Virus record (IMG/VR): IMGVR_UViG_3300044695_003432
Location: 21,133 to 85,132 of that record
Strand: one strand, 5' to 3'
Length of the DNA stretch: 64,000 bases
Origin: a virus
Shown: positions 46,004 through 55,986 of the stretch, piece by piece
How the letters are laid out: the number at the start of each line of letters is the position of its first letter
Position numbering within the stretch: the stretch's first letter is position 1
Program-made: the position numbers and the translations under genes
The notes under the pieces: model-generated
Seen by the model: the letters and a program-made list of their open reading frames with translations, nothing else
Told to the model about the DNA's origin: nothing
Databases searched by the model: none

Positions 46004-46735
46004 CTAGTTGAAGGTGGACGCCTTCATCCGCCGCTCAACCTCATCCCGGTAGGCCGGGTCGGTGTGGTATCGCTTGTCGCTCATGGCGGCGGTGGCGTGA
46101 GCCCATGACGGGTAGCCGATGCCGCTCGGGGCCGAGGCATCGCCGCCGAGGAGCTCGGGGTCTTTGGGTGAGACTTCGGAGACCTTGGCCTTGAGGCCCA
46201 TGAGGGCGACTCGAACAGCGTTCTGGTCGCCAGTCTGGACGATGGTGTTGAAGGCAGCTCGCTCCTCAGCGGAGAGAACCTTTGCGGCCTGCTCCTTGAA
46301 GGAGGCGATTTCCCGCTGAGAGCTGAAGATGCCCTGAAGGGTCACGTCAGCCTGAGCCTGGATGCCGCGGATGTACGAATCGACCAGAGGCTTCGGGATG
46401 CCCTTGGCCTCAAGGTTCTTGATCGTCTGCTCGCTGAGAGAGCCGCTGGCAGAGAACTCATTGGTCAGGGCCGAGATGTCGAGACCTGCGGGGACTTGGG
46501 GGGTGGCCGGGGTCTCGGGGGCCTGAGCGGGCTGATCGGCGGCGGGCTGAGCACCTGAGCCGAGACGCTTCTCCAGGCTGACGTAGGCCTTGGCGAGGTC
46601 GTCGATCTTCGGGGCACCCTTGGAGGCATCCCAGAACTTCTCAGGGATGTACTCGGGACGGGAGGGGGCGGCGGGTGCCTGCGGGATGAGAGACGGGCCA
46701 GGGGCGGCCGGCATCGTGGTCGAGGTCTGGGTCAT
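46004..46735 (-). CDS. Scaffolding protein (gp9-like)
   Basis: RPEYIPEKF...LAKAYVSLEKRLG; AMSDKRYHTDPAYRDEVERR. Confidence 0.92.
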   Translation of the reverse strand: MTQTSTTMPAAPGPSLIPQAPAAPSRPEYIPEKFWDASKGAPKIDDLAKAYVSLEKRLGSGAQPAADQPAQAPETPATPQVPAGLDISALTNEFSASGSLSEQTIKNLEAKGIPKPLVDSYIRGIQAQADVTLQGIFSSQREIASFKEQAAKVLSAEERAAFNTIVQTGDQNAVRVALMGLKAKVSEVSPKDPELLGGDASAPSGIGYPSWAHATAAMSDKRYHTDPAYRDEVERRMKASTFN

Positions 46736-48300
46736 TGGGTTCCTTGCTGAGCCTGAGCAGCACCGGCAACGGCGTTGACGACGTTGGGAGCTGCCCGTTC
46801 CATGAGAGCGGCTTGCTGAGCCTGGGCTTGCTCTTGGGCAAGCTCCTCCTCAGACTTGACGAGATCCTTCGCGTCAAGACCGAGAGCCGCGGCACGGCGG
46901 CGTTGGACGTTGTTGAGCTTGAGAGTCTGGATACCGGCTGGACCCATGAACTCGATTGTGCCTCGGAGGAACTCTTCGATGGACTGGAGATCCGCGGTGC
47001 GGCCCAGAGCGTCGATGCCTCCGATGATCGTGATGTCCACGGTGGCATCGGGAAGGGCGGGGAGTTCGTCTGCCTTCTCCATGCGGTACTTGATCCACCG
47101 GACCAGCGGGAGTTGATACTCGGCTGAGAGGGTGGAGTAGATACCGGCGTTCGTGGAGTCGGCCTCGTTGGCGATCAGCCGGATCTCCTCAGCAGTCACA
47201 CGCTCCGCATCTCGGCGGAGGTTGACGGTCATAAGGAAGACGGCTGAGAGCCGCTGGAGGAGGCTGTTCAGAGTGTCTTGGGTGGCCTGGATGTCGAGCT
47301 GCTTGTTGATCTGCGGGACAGTCACATCCTCCGCACGGCCAACACGGAAAGCACCTGACTCGGCGTTTTCGACATCGGCAATGTCAGTGACACCGCCGGG
47401 GTTGACGAGGTATAGGAGGCGGGAGACAGCGAGGGAGTAGGCAGTCAGCGAACGCTGGAGTGCCTCAACCGCGGTGATGTCTCCGATGTTGTCTTCGCAC
47501 AGGGATCGAGCGTAGTGCTCACCGTCCACGCGGCCCCACCGGAGGGCGAGGAAACGGGGGGTGTCCTTCGGGTAGCGTCCCACCGAGCCGGGAATCTGCA
47601 CGTCCTCGACTTCCTGGTGGATACGCCACCAGTTCTTGTCGAGCTTGATCCAGGTGTAGATGTCGTATTCCTCAAGCGTCTTCTTCTCCGGGACAGTCTG
47701 GTTCCGCCGGTCGATCGCTTGGATCACCTCCTCGGTTAGGGCGGAACGAGCAACACTCTCCTTGAGGATGAGTTCGACGAGGTTGCCTTCGCGGTCGCGG
47801 ACGCAGACGAACTGATTGAGGGAGTAGACTCGGGGGAACGGGGCTCCGAGGTCGATCGCGGCGTTGCCGGAGACCTGGAGGTGCTGAAGGATCGAGTTCA
47901 ACGCTCGGCGGTGGCCGAGTGACTCGATCTGCCTGTGAATGACGGACTCGATGTTCGAGAGAGCTTGGAGCGTCTCACCGGCGGCGTCAATCCCGGTCTG
48001 AGAGCCAACCGCCTCCAGTTGTCGAGCAACCTTCGGCTTTGGCTCCATGCGGAACGGACGGCGGTTCGGCGGGAGCAGGGAGAGTGTGAGCTTGGAAGCG
48101 AAACCAGAAACACCCTGAGCTACGAACGACTGCCACGGCTTGTAGAGCGTCGTGGCTTCGGTAGTCCCCTCTTGGGGGTACAGGCGGGGGAGAGAATACT
48201 TAGAAGCATCTCTCGCCCTCCGCAGGTAGGGCTCGCGTTTCTCCGCGAGTTTCTTGTAGCGTTCACATGCTGACACCCGCCCGAGAGCGGATGTTGCCAT
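46732..48300 (-). CDS. Portal / head-tail connector (gp8-like)
   Basis: PWQSFVAQGV...SKL..LLPPN, GEHYAR, RDAERVTAEEIR. Confidence 0.97.
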   Translation of the reverse strand: MATSALGRVSACERYKKLAEKREPYLRRARDASKYSLPRLYPQEGTTEATTLYKPWQSFVAQGVSGFASKLTLSLLPPNRRPFRMEPKPKVARQLEAVGSQTGIDAAGETLQALSNIESVIHRQIESLGHRRALNSILQHLQVSGNAAIDLGAPFPRVYSLNQFVCVRDREGNLVELILKESVARSALTEEVIQAIDRRNQTVPEKKTLEEYDIYTWIKLDKNWWRIHQEVEDVQIPGSVGRYPKDTPRFLALRWGRVDGEHYARSLCEDNIGDITAVEALQRSLTAYSLAVSRLLYLVNPGGVTDIADVENAESGAFRVGRAEDVTVPQINKQLDIQATQDTLNSLLQRLSAVFLMTVNLRRDAERVTAEEIRLIANEADSTNAGIYSTLSAEYQLPLVRWIKYRMEKADELPALPDATVDITIIGGIDALGRTADLQSIEEFLRGTIEFMGPAGIQTLKLNNVQRRRAAALGLDAKDLVKSEEELAQEQAQAQQAALMERAAPNVVNAVAGAAQAQQGTQ

Positions 48301-48506
48301 TAGAGGTTCAGGCCCTTCGTGGCTCCGGGGAGGAGCAGGTCATTTCGGAACACCGCAAGACCGGACTCGGCTTGCGGGTTGGCCTTTCGGCGTGCGGTGG
48401 GTGCCGAGACGGGAGATGTCTGATCCGGGGTCCGTACAGGGGCCGGAGCAGGCGGAGGCGATGTAGCCGCCGGTGCGGCCTTTGGACCGCCAGAGAAAAG
48501 ACACAT
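48300..48506 (-). CDS. Small virion assembly protein
   Basis: MCLFSGGPK...PPPAPAP...GLNL directly before portal. Confidence 0.65.
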   Translation of the reverse strand: MCLFSGGPKAAPAATSPPPAPAPVRTPDQTSPVSAPTARRKANPQAESGLAVFRNDLLLPGATKGLNL

Positions 48507-48510
48507 TCAG

Positions 48511-48714
48511 TCAGACTCCAATAGGTTTGTCGAGCTTGGCAGGGGCACCGGCTTCGATACGCTTGTGCCAAGCCACGATCTTTTCGATGATGTCTTGCCG
48601 ACCGGCCTCCATCCAGATCTCACGATCGGACTGCTTGACGGTCGGGGCCTTGAGTGGGAAACACTTCTTCAAGTGATCCACCAAGGACTTCGGAACTTCG
48701 AGTCCTTCGGTCAA
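48511..48714 (-). CDS. Small conserved-position hypothetical protein
   Basis: LVDHLKKCFP...EIWMEAGRQDII. Confidence 0.6.
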   Translation of the reverse strand: MTEGLEVPKSLVDHLKKCFPLKAPTVKQSDREIWMEAGRQDIIEKIVAWHKRIEAGAPAKLDKPIGV

Positions 48715-49085
48715 GCGTTGTCATCCTTTGGGGGAAGGGTCATTGGGGGGATGTCCGCGTTGGAGATGGCTCGACCGGTTCGCAGCTCGATCACTTGTTT
48801 ACCGAGAGTCTTCAGAATGAAGATCTCAAACAGAGAGCCGCGGGAGTGTTTCCAGCCTGGAAGAGCCACCCCCATCGTGGCGTCGGGCAAGTGGCGGATG
48901 TCTCGGGCGAGGTAGCTCTCCCAAGTCTTCTCGCCCTTGATGGGGTCGATCTGATCGAGTTCGTCAGGGGAGATCACATCTGCCCCAGCGTCTCGTAGCT
49001 TCTTAGCCGCCTCCCGGAAGGCGGGCCGATTGTCGTCTTTGTAGCCGGTCATCGGGCCGGTGATGTAAACACGTTCGCCGTTCAA
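48711..49085 (-). CDS. DUF4406-like (nucleoside deoxyribosyltransferase-like) protein
   Basis: VYITGPMTG...NRPAF...LPGWKHSRGSLFE. Confidence 0.8.
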   Translation of the reverse strand: MNGERVYITGPMTGYKDDNRPAFREAAKKLRDAGADVISPDELDQIDPIKGEKTWESYLARDIRHLPDATMGVALPGWKHSRGSLFEIFILKTLGKQVIELRTGRAISNADIPPMTLPPKDDNA

Positions 49086-49465
49086 GTAGAGGAGACTCCG
49101 GTGTAGTCAGGGAGTCCGTTGAGCAACTCCGGGGTCAGGTTTCCGCGAGCGATCGCTTCTTCCTGATGGATCATCGCCAAGACATTCCACGCTGCCGCGG
49201 AGAGATGGTCCTCATCGCGGAGTCCTTCGAGGTAGCGGAAGAGATGGCGGAGGGCGGAGTCGAGGTAGCGGGATTGGGGTTGGCCCCGCTCCCAGTTTCG
49301 ATCGCCGTACTTCTTGGCACCGTTCTCGAAGTGCTTTGCGAGGCGGGCCAGGGCGAGGGGACTGAGCAGGTCGTACCGACCCTTCCCTTCGCGGGAATCT
49401 CGCTTCGATCCGGTCGAGAACTCTTCTCGGGAACCGGAGTCTTTCACGTTGTCAAACTCAGGCAA
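49082..49465 (-). CDS. dATP/dGTP diphosphohydrolase domain protein (DUF5664-like)
   Basis: GKGRYDLL, GAKKYGDRNWERG, SALRH, DHLSAAAWN; TTG start with AAGGA RBS (GTG at 49513 is an alternative). Confidence 0.8.
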   Translation of the reverse strand: MPEFDNVKDSGSREEFSTGSKRDSREGKGRYDLLSPLALARLAKHFENGAKKYGDRNWERGQPQSRYLDSALRHLFRYLEGLRDEDHLSAAAWNVLAMIHQEEAIARGNLTPELLNGLPDYTGVSST

Positions 49466-50159
49466 GGGCTGGTCCTTTGCTGGTAATATCGTCTGTTTGG
49501 GTATCCCTAACACGGCGGAGTCTGTCCTCCGCTATGCAGTAGTACGTCTCGTCAATCTCAACACCGAGGAACCCCCGTCCGGTCTCAGCACACGCCACGC
49601 CGGTTGTCCCCGAGCCCATGAAGGGGTCGAGAACCGTCCCTCCGGGGGGACACCACTGAAGTACGACATGACGCATGTGTTCGATTGGGCGGGGGCAGGG
49701 GTGGCCCAATCCGGCCTCCCCCCGCTTCTTCCGTCCTCCTGGAGTGGTGTCGGCTAAGAACCAATCTCTTTGTGCGGTCCCTGCCGAGTATGGCTTTGCC
49801 CCCTCCTTCCACCACACAACCACCGGGTCAAAGGCGGCGTATGCGGGTCCGGGGTATATCTGCACGAAGTTCTTACACGCGGCCATGATCCGGTACTTGG
49901 CCGGAAACCACTTGTGGAAGTTGGGGACTTGTATCTGAGCCTGCCACACAAAGAACGCGGCTCCTGGCTTTGCGATTCGATCGGCCTCTTGAAGCCACGC
50001 CCGCATCATCTCTAGGTACGCATCGTGGGAGTCCTTATGCGATGCGTACTTGAAACCGATTCCGTATGGGGGATCGGACACCACCGCATCGACGGAAGCG
50101 GAAGGCAGTTCTCGGAGTACCTCTAAACAGTCCCCGAGAACGGTTCGGATTTCAGTCAA
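49458..50159 (-). CDS. DNA N4-cytosine/N6-adenine methyltransferase
   Basis: SDPPY, HPCPRP and VLDPFMGSGTTG motifs. Confidence 0.9.
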   Translation of the reverse strand: MTEIRTVLGDCLEVLRELPSASVDAVVSDPPYGIGFKYASHKDSHDAYLEMMRAWLQEADRIAKPGAAFFVWQAQIQVPNFHKWFPAKYRIMAACKNFVQIYPGPAYAAFDPVVVWWKEGAKPYSAGTAQRDWFLADTTPGGRKKRGEAGLGHPCPRPIEHMRHVVLQWCPPGGTVLDPFMGSGTTGVACAETGRGFLGVEIDETYYCIAEDRLRRVRDTQTDDITSKGPALA

Positions 50160-50837
50160 TCAACTCTCCTTAGTCCCGGACAAAGCGGCCCAAGAGATCG
50201 GGAACTGTTCGGACATGATCTTGTCAACCGCCGCGGCATACTGCTGGATCTCCCACTGAGCGTGAGGATCGAGGCGAAGGGAGCAGATGCGGTGTGCGGC
50301 GGACAGTGAGGAGGTCATCCAGATTTCGGTCATCGTCGAGAGAGGGAGGACCATGCGGGCCATCTCGGGGGCGACACCGCCTTTGATGAGAAGGTGGTAC
50401 TTGCTCGCGGAGTCTGAGATCGACTCTTCGTACATCCGCTCCGCCCACTCTGCGGCAGCGTCGGGGAATGGCTCCCCGCTCCCCTGCTTCATCCCGTTCT
50501 GCGGACGCTCTCGCCAGTTCTCGGGGATGTAGAAGTCCGGGTGAGAGTCCACATACCGCCGACTCACCTCGTTGTACACCACCCCCACATTACTTTTCAT
50601 CCATTGCCTCGCCACGAAGATCGGCAGCTTGATGTGGAACGTAACCTGGGGATGAGCGAACGGGGTCCAATGCTTGTGGTCAGCGAGGTAGCGGATGAGC
50701 CGCTTGTCTGCGTCGGTCAGGGATTCGCTCCGCTTGCCGAAGGAGACGCGGGCAGCGTTGACCACGGTGAGGTCAGATCCCATGACGGATTCGAGGCGGA
50801 CGAAGCCGGTGTTTAGGACGGGGATTTCGTCAATCAA
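50160..50837 (-). CDS. thyX: Flavin-dependent thymidylate synthase
   Basis: VNAARVSF, HWTPF, PIFVARQW, NEVSRRY, EMARMVLP, HAQWEI. Confidence 0.92.
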   Translation of the reverse strand: MIDEIPVLNTGFVRLESVMGSDLTVVNAARVSFGKRSESLTDADKRLIRYLADHKHWTPFAHPQVTFHIKLPIFVARQWMKSNVGVVYNEVSRRYVDSHPDFYIPENWRERPQNGMKQGSGEPFPDAAAEWAERMYEESISDSASKYHLLIKGGVAPEMARMVLPLSTMTEIWMTSSLSAAHRICSLRLDPHAQWEIQQYAAAVDKIMSEQFPISWAALSGTKES

Positions 50838-51096
50838 TGTATGTTCCTAGGTTTGGCTCGACCCGCACGATCTCCACGAGATCTTGCTCGATCTCGCGGC
50901 GGCGCGCTTCGTGGTGCTTGGTCAGCTTCTCGGTGGCTTCCGAAATGGAGGAAGCCCGGACAACGCAATCGAACGAGGCAGAACCGAGGTCCAATGAAGT
51001 AAGGCTGAACCAGAGACGGGACTTGACTCGATCCCAATGCTCCGAGGAGTAGCGGGTTCTGTAGACGATCTTGAACAGCCTCATCGTCTCAGTCAT
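50830..51096 (-). CDS. Hypothetical protein
   Basis: 88 aa ORF overlapping both neighbours. Confidence 0.55.
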   Translation of the reverse strand: MTETMRLFKIVYRTRYSSEHWDRVKSRLWFSLTSLDLGSASFDCVVRASSISEATEKLTKHHEARRREIEQDLVEIVRVEPNLGTYID

Positions 51097-51310
51097 TCAG
51101 CTTGCCCTCCACAACCTCAATCGGTAGATGCGGATGCTGCACCACCGCTACGGCCTTGAAGACGACGAACTTATCTCCAGGACCATACTGGTGGTTTCGG
51201 GCAAGATCGAAACGGGGGATCGCTGCCTGCGGCGTATCGTGAACATCTCCCTCGATTCGAGGGTCAGCACGAAGGGCGAAATACTTACCGATCACGTTCT
51301 TGGGGTCCAT
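51089..51310 (-). CDS. Hypothetical protein
   Basis: 73 aa ORF with AAGG RBS. Confidence 0.55.
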   Translation of the reverse strand: MDPKNVIGKYFALRADPRIEGDVHDTPQAAIPRFDLARNHQYGPGDKFVVFKAVAVVQHPHLPIEVVEGKLND

Positions 51311-52035
51311 AGCCTTACCTTCCTTTCCTTGAAGTCATAATCACTCGCTCGGCAGATCCTCGCCACGCGAGCCTGAATCAACGCTTCTTCTTCTGTCTGA
51401 CACCGAGAGGCATACGCCTCTACGACACCTTCCCAACCACGATCGAGGAACTTCTCGGCCTTCTTTGGACCGAGCCCGCTACAGCCGGGGTAGCCATCGG
51501 TGGGATCTCCCACGATCGTCTGGTAGAAGTGGAACCGATCCGCTTCCTTCTCGCTGATCTCTTGCACACCATCATCCGCCTTGTTCGGATTGAACAGCAG
51601 ACCGGGGATCTGCTTCATGTCCTTGTCCGAAGTCACGATCACCTTCTCACCCTTGATCTTCGTTCCGGTGGAAAGGATGCCGAGGATGTCGTCGGCCTCT
51701 AGGCCAGGGCGTTCGTAGTGCTGGTACTCGGAGATCAGGAACTCACGGAGGACGCCGAGGAGGACGGGCTTCTTCCCGTGGGTGCGGTGAGCTTTGTAGA
51801 GAGGCCAGAGATCGTGTCGCCAATACTTCCTCGAAGAGCAGGACAGGCACACCACGATGTCCTTGGCCTTGATCGTGTCGAGAAGGTTCTCGATGCCTTC
51901 TTTCGCTCGGCGGCGGACTCCGGCCTCGTCAACGGAGATGGACTCAACTCCGTCCCCCCAGTCGAAGCGGGACTCGGAGGTGGCGGCGATCTGGTAAACG
52001 AAAACGTCAGCGTCCAGCAGGAGCGTTCTAGCCAC
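51292..52035 (-). CDS. 5'-3' exonuclease (T7 gp6-like)
   Basis: LLLDAD, YKAHR, LEADD, DKDMKQIPG, GDPTDGYPGC. Confidence 0.93.
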   Translation of the reverse strand: MARTLLLDADVFVYQIAATSESRFDWGDGVESISVDEAGVRRRAKEGIENLLDTIKAKDIVVCLSCSSRKYWRHDLWPLYKAHRTHGKKPVLLGVLREFLISEYQHYERPGLEADDILGILSTGTKIKGEKVIVTSDKDMKQIPGLLFNPNKADDGVQEISEKEADRFHFYQTIVGDPTDGYPGCSGLGPKKAEKFLDRGWEGVVEAYASRCQTEEEALIQARVARICRASDYDFKERKVRLWTPRT

Positions 52036-52381
52036 TCATAATCCTTTGGTAAAACTCCGCAAGCCGGAGCAGCTCCGCCAGGGTGGCATCACCCTTCAGT
52101 CGATTGGCTCTCGTCGAGACGACGACGACGTTTCCCCGGACGTAGCCCAGTACAGGCTCAATACGATCAAGAGAAGGAGAGCGGTCCCCATCCCCACGAG
52201 CCATCTCAAAGCCAAGTACGGGGCACGTCGGAGGAATGTCAAAGTCCTCTTCATACAGATCGAAAGGGACGCCAGCCTTGATCGCTCTCCGCTTGGCGTC
52301 CCTGAGCAGCTTTCGTTTCGGGTGTCTGTACTCATAACTAATGGGTCTCGGCCCAGTTCCTTCCGATCTTGAACTCACCAT
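52028..52381 (-). CDS. HNH-type endonuclease
   Basis: CPVLG...SPSLDRI...GYVRGNV..VS.RANRLK; start uncertain. Confidence 0.8.
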   Translation of the reverse strand: MVSSRSEGTGPRPISYEYRHPKRKLLRDAKRRAIKAGVPFDLYEEDFDIPPTCPVLGFEMARGDGDRSPSLDRIEPVLGYVRGNVVVVSTRANRLKGDATLAELLRLAEFYQRIMSG

Positions 52382-54191
52382 CGGTGGGAATCCGCAGGTT
52401 GAAGTCACGTCCCGCTTGCCGGAACGCCTCCACGGCGATCTTGCCAACCGTCTCCGCGTGCTCGGGCGGAGCCTCGATCTGAACTTCGTCGTGGATGTGG
52501 AGTAGAAGCCGAGCGTCATACTTCGGGAACTCCCGTGCCATGAGCACGGTTCCCCGCTTGACGACGAGAGCACCGGCTGACTGAAGAACGGTGTTGAGTG
52601 CGGAGTGGGCGGAACGGACGTGGAGATACCTCCCGTCCAGTCCGAGGAGGTACGGACGCTTGGCAAGAGTCGCCTCGATGCTCGTCATAAGACGGGCATA
52701 CGCGGGGATCTTCTTGAACATCCGATCTCGTGCCCACTGACCACGCTTGATGTTGGCGAGGGCTTCCTTCGTGAGCTCCCCCGCGGACTTCATCTTCCCG
52801 GCGATGTACTTGTTCCGCTTGCTCAAGGCCGCGGCTTGGGCCTCGGCTTCGGCAACGGCTTCCAGGGTGCCAAGGCTGCTTCCAAGTTTCTCATCTCCGG
52901 CCCCGTAGATCAGGGCGTAGATTCCGGTCTTGGCGGCGTTGCGGCCCGCCTTGCCTGCGGGAAGTCCAAACACTCCCTGGTTGAAGGTGTGTACATCCCC
53001 GTCGAGTACGGTGCGACCGTACTCACCGGAATCGAACGCGGCGAGGTAGTGAGAGAGCATTCGGAGCTCAAGGCCGCTCGCGTCCGCACCGACGAGGACT
53101 TTGCCTTTCGTCGGCTCGAAGAGCTCGCGGCACTCTTTGCCGAACGGCTTGCCGACGCTCGGGACTTGGGCGAGGTTCGGGGACGAGTGCGTGCAACGGC
53201 CCGTGACTGCCCCGTTCGTGTTGATGCTGCCATGAATCCTGCCCTCCTTGGTTACGAGTTTCATCCACGCCTGATTGCCTTCGGCAACCTGACCGATTCG
53301 CTTCTGAAGCAAGAAGAACTCTGCGAGCTTCTTGGCCTCCGGGTAGGGGAGGTGCTCAAGAGTCTCCTCATCCACCTGCGGAACACCCGTAGCGGTTTTC
53401 TTCGCGGGCTTCCAACCCAGCTTCATAAGCCGATCTGCGATCTGCTGACGAGAGGCGGGGTTGAATGGAGTGGTCTTTGTCTTGGTCTTGAGCTTGATGA
53501 TGTTCGGCTCGAAGGTCGCTTCCATCTCGCGGCGGAGTTCGTCTCGCTTGGCGGCGAGGGCGGAGTACAAGACTCCCGCCTTCTCCACGTTGAAGCAGAC
53601 TCCGGTTCGCTCCATGTCCACGATCACCCCTTGGAAATCGTGTTCGAGTTCGATGGACCGCTCGCTGTAGCCGAGGGCCTTGAGCATCCGCCACAGGGCC
53701 AGAGTCACCGCCACATCCTGCTCGCAATACCGCTGCATCTGCGGAGACCACACCGACCAGTCAGCCGTTCTCCCGAACGAGTCCTTCAGCACACCGAGTC
53801 GATACCCCCATGCTTCAAGAGAATGGGAACCGATCAGGCGGGCAGGGAAGCGAGAGTCCTTGCGGGATCTCGCCATGTCCTGCTCGTAGAGGTGGGTGAA
53901 GATCAGGCGGGAGTATCGGAGGGTGTCTCGGATCTTCCCCTCCCACCGCCACTCAGGAGCGAGCTTGCGGAGGATGGGGATGTCGAAGACCTGGGCATTG
54001 TGGCCGATCAGGAGATCGGTGGAGGCGAGCACATCGAGGCCGTCCTCAATGGTCCCGTCCGTCTTGTCCTCGCCCTGGTGATCGTGGTAGGACCACCGCT
54101 TGCCGGTGTGAGGGTCGAGGGTGACGATGGAGTGGATGAGCGTGGAGTCTTCGAGTCCGTTGGTTTCTAGGTCGAAGATCAGTTCGCTCAA
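52338..54191 (-). CDS. DNA polymerase family A (T7 gp5-like)
   Basis: FDLETNG exonuclease motif, DASGLELR, AKTGIYALIYG, HDEVQ. Confidence 0.97.
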   Translation of the reverse strand: MSELIFDLETNGLEDSTLIHSIVTLDPHTGKRWSYHDHQGEDKTDGTIEDGLDVLASTDLLIGHNAQVFDIPILRKLAPEWRWEGKIRDTLRYSRLIFTHLYEQDMARSRKDSRFPARLIGSHSLEAWGYRLGVLKDSFGRTADWSVWSPQMQRYCEQDVAVTLALWRMLKALGYSERSIELEHDFQGVIVDMERTGVCFNVEKAGVLYSALAAKRDELRREMEATFEPNIIKLKTKTKTTPFNPASRQQIADRLMKLGWKPAKKTATGVPQVDEETLEHLPYPEAKKLAEFFLLQKRIGQVAEGNQAWMKLVTKEGRIHGSINTNGAVTGRCTHSSPNLAQVPSVGKPFGKECRELFEPTKGKVLVGADASGLELRMLSHYLAAFDSGEYGRTVLDGDVHTFNQGVFGLPAGKAGRNAAKTGIYALIYGAGDEKLGSSLGTLEAVAEAEAQAAALSKRNKYIAGKMKSAGELTKEALANIKRGQWARDRMFKKIPAYARLMTSIEATLAKRPYLLGLDGRYLHVRSAHSALNTVLQSAGALVVKRGTVLMAREFPKYDARLLLHIHDEVQIEAPPEHAETVGKIAVEAFRQAGRDFNLRIPTDGEFKIGRNWAETH

Positions 54192-54385
54192 TCTTCCTCC
54201 GTTTCAATCGTGATCCGAACCCGCCGACCGGGCTCTCCGTTGTCGTCCGTTGTGAGGGCGACTTCGTGGATCGCGGTTCCCATCGCTTCCTTGATGTACA
54301 CCGCGACGATCTCGTGGACTTCCTCCACGGGGCTCTCCGGGAACATCACCCCAAAGTCCAGCGTCGATGTCTTCGTTTCGTTCAT
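54188..54385 (-). CDS. Hypothetical protein
   Basis: 65 aa acidic ORF overlapping helicase and polymerase genes. Confidence 0.55.
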   Translation of the reverse strand: MNETKTSTLDFGVMFPESPVEEVHEIVAVYIKEAMGTAIHEVALTTDDNGEPGRRVRITIETEED

Positions 54386-55986
54386 AGCTCGCTTCCTGCT
54401 GTAGCGGTCTCGAAGCCGTACTCCGACAACCGCCCTGTCTCTTTATCCCACACCAGAGTCCCGGCCTCGCCGAGTTCCCCGGTGTAGCGATTCTTCAGAA
54501 CGCGGAGGGTGGTCTGGTCCTTGACCGACTCATCCTGCTGGTCACGTTCCAGTCCAACCACGATGTCTGACATCTGCCCGATACCGCCCGATCCTCGGAG
54601 CTGATTGAGCGATGTCCTCGCCCCCTCCTCATGGCCCTTCTTCTCGGGACGCTTGAGGTGGGAGACGATCAACATGCGGCAGTTGACTTCTTGGACGAAC
54701 GAACGGAGGTTCGTCATAAGAACGTCAATCGCCTTCCGCTCATCATCCGCTTCGTTGCCCGAGACCACGATGGAGATGTGGTCCAGGAGGATCGTGTCAC
54801 ACCCGCACCCCTTCACGAGGTAGCGGATCTTGCCGAGTAGGTTGTCGGATTCCAACGAGCCGAAGTGGTCGTAGAGGTAGAAGCGACCGGAGCCAACGGT
54901 CTTCTGTAGAGCTTCGCGTAGTTCGGCTTTGTCCGTGAGGGAGCGGTCCACGCTCACCCGCTTGCCAAGGGCCAGCGAGGCGAGGATGAGGCCGGTCTTC
55001 TCAACGGACTCCTCCAGACACACGATCCCGAACTTCTCGTTCGTGGTCTCGTGCATGTGGTAGATGATCTCTTTGCAAACTTGACTCTTGCCGATGCCGG
55101 TTCCGGCACAGAATGTCACGATCTCCCCGCGGCGAACGCCACGGAGGAGGGTGTTGATCGAGGCCCACGGGTAGGGAACCGAGGGCTCTTCCTTCTTGTT
55201 GAGTACCCGATCCACGATCTCGGTGCCAGCCACGATTCCATCTGGGCGGAACTCCTTGGCGGACCAGATCGCGTCGATCATCTCCTTCACCCTTCCGGCC
55301 TGGAGCATGTCGCTCGCATCCTTCAGGGGGAGGGCGGCGATGAACGCCTTGCCGGGGGTGAGCATCTCCGAACACTCGACCGCCGCGGCTTTGCCCGCGT
55401 CGTCGTTGTCGAACATGAACACAACCCGCTCGAACTTCTCAAGCCATTCGAGGGATCGCTGAATCGCTTGCTTGGCACCGCTTGCCCCGTTGGGGATCGA
55501 GGAGACGGGCCATCGGTTGTCTTGCACTTGAGAGACGGAGAGGGCATCCAGCTCCCCCTCGGTCAGGACAACCATCTTGCCCCCGTCTCGCCAGAGATGC
55601 TGGCCGTAGAGTCCGGCCTGCTTGAGATCGCCCCTGGTGAGGAACTCTTTCCCCGGCAGGCGGATCTTCTGGGCAACGATCTTCGAGCCTTGCAAGTCGT
55701 ACAGGTTGGCGACGTGGGCCTTCTTGCCCTTGTAGTCAACCACCCCGTACCCCCACTTGCGGCAGGTCTCTTCAGTGATCTTTCGTTTCGGGAGTGCCTG
55801 GAACTCCCATCCGGTCAGTAGGTCTGAGGCGATCTTGGTTCTCCGTGTTGGCTCCCCTTCGGACTTCTCGTGATGCTTACAGCCGAGGCTAAAGCAATGA
55901 GCATGTCCATCGGAGTAGCGGGCGAGGGAATCGGAAGAGCCGCAGGATGGGCACGGCTCGTGACGGAGGAAGGTTGAGTCAGACAT
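54382..55986 (-). CDS. Primase/helicase (T7 gp4-like)
   Basis: Zn finger CPSCGSSD...CF, TEGELD TOPRIM, AGTGIGKS Walker A, LRGSGGI. Confidence 0.97.
   Translation of the reverse strand: MSDSTFLRHEPCPSCGSSDSLARYSDGHAHCFSLGCKHHEKSEGEPTRRTKIASDLLTGWEFQALPKRKITEETCRKWGYGVVDYKGKKAHVANLYDLQGSKIVAQKIRLPGKEFLTRGDLKQAGLYGQHLWRDGGKMVVLTEGELDALSVSQVQDNRWPVSSIPNGASGAKQAIQRSLEWLEKFERVVFMFDNDDAGKAAAVECSEMLTPGKAFIAALPLKDASDMLQAGRVKEMIDAIWSAKEFRPDGIVAGTEIVDRVLNKKEEPSVPYPWASINTLLRGVRRGEIVTFCAGTGIGKSQVCKEIIYHMHETTNEKFGIVCLEESVEKTGLILASLALGKRVSVDRSLTDKAELREALQKTVGSGRFYLYDHFGSLESDNLLGKIRYLVKGCGCDTILLDHISIVVSGNEADDERKAIDVLMTNLRSFVQEVNCRMLIVSHLKRPEKKGHEEGARTSLNQLRGSGGIGQMSDIVVGLERDQQDESVKDQTTLRVLKNRYTGELGEAGTLVWDKETGRLSEYGFETATAGSEL

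Noticed and set aside
48711-49513. 2-aminoadenine (Z) genome pathway
   Set aside because: No PurZ-like or other base-synthesis gene is visible in the phage A circle
52028-54191. Intron or intein in DNA polymerase linked to the HNH gene
   Set aside because: The polymerase ORF is continuous and complete; the HNH gene is free-standing downstream
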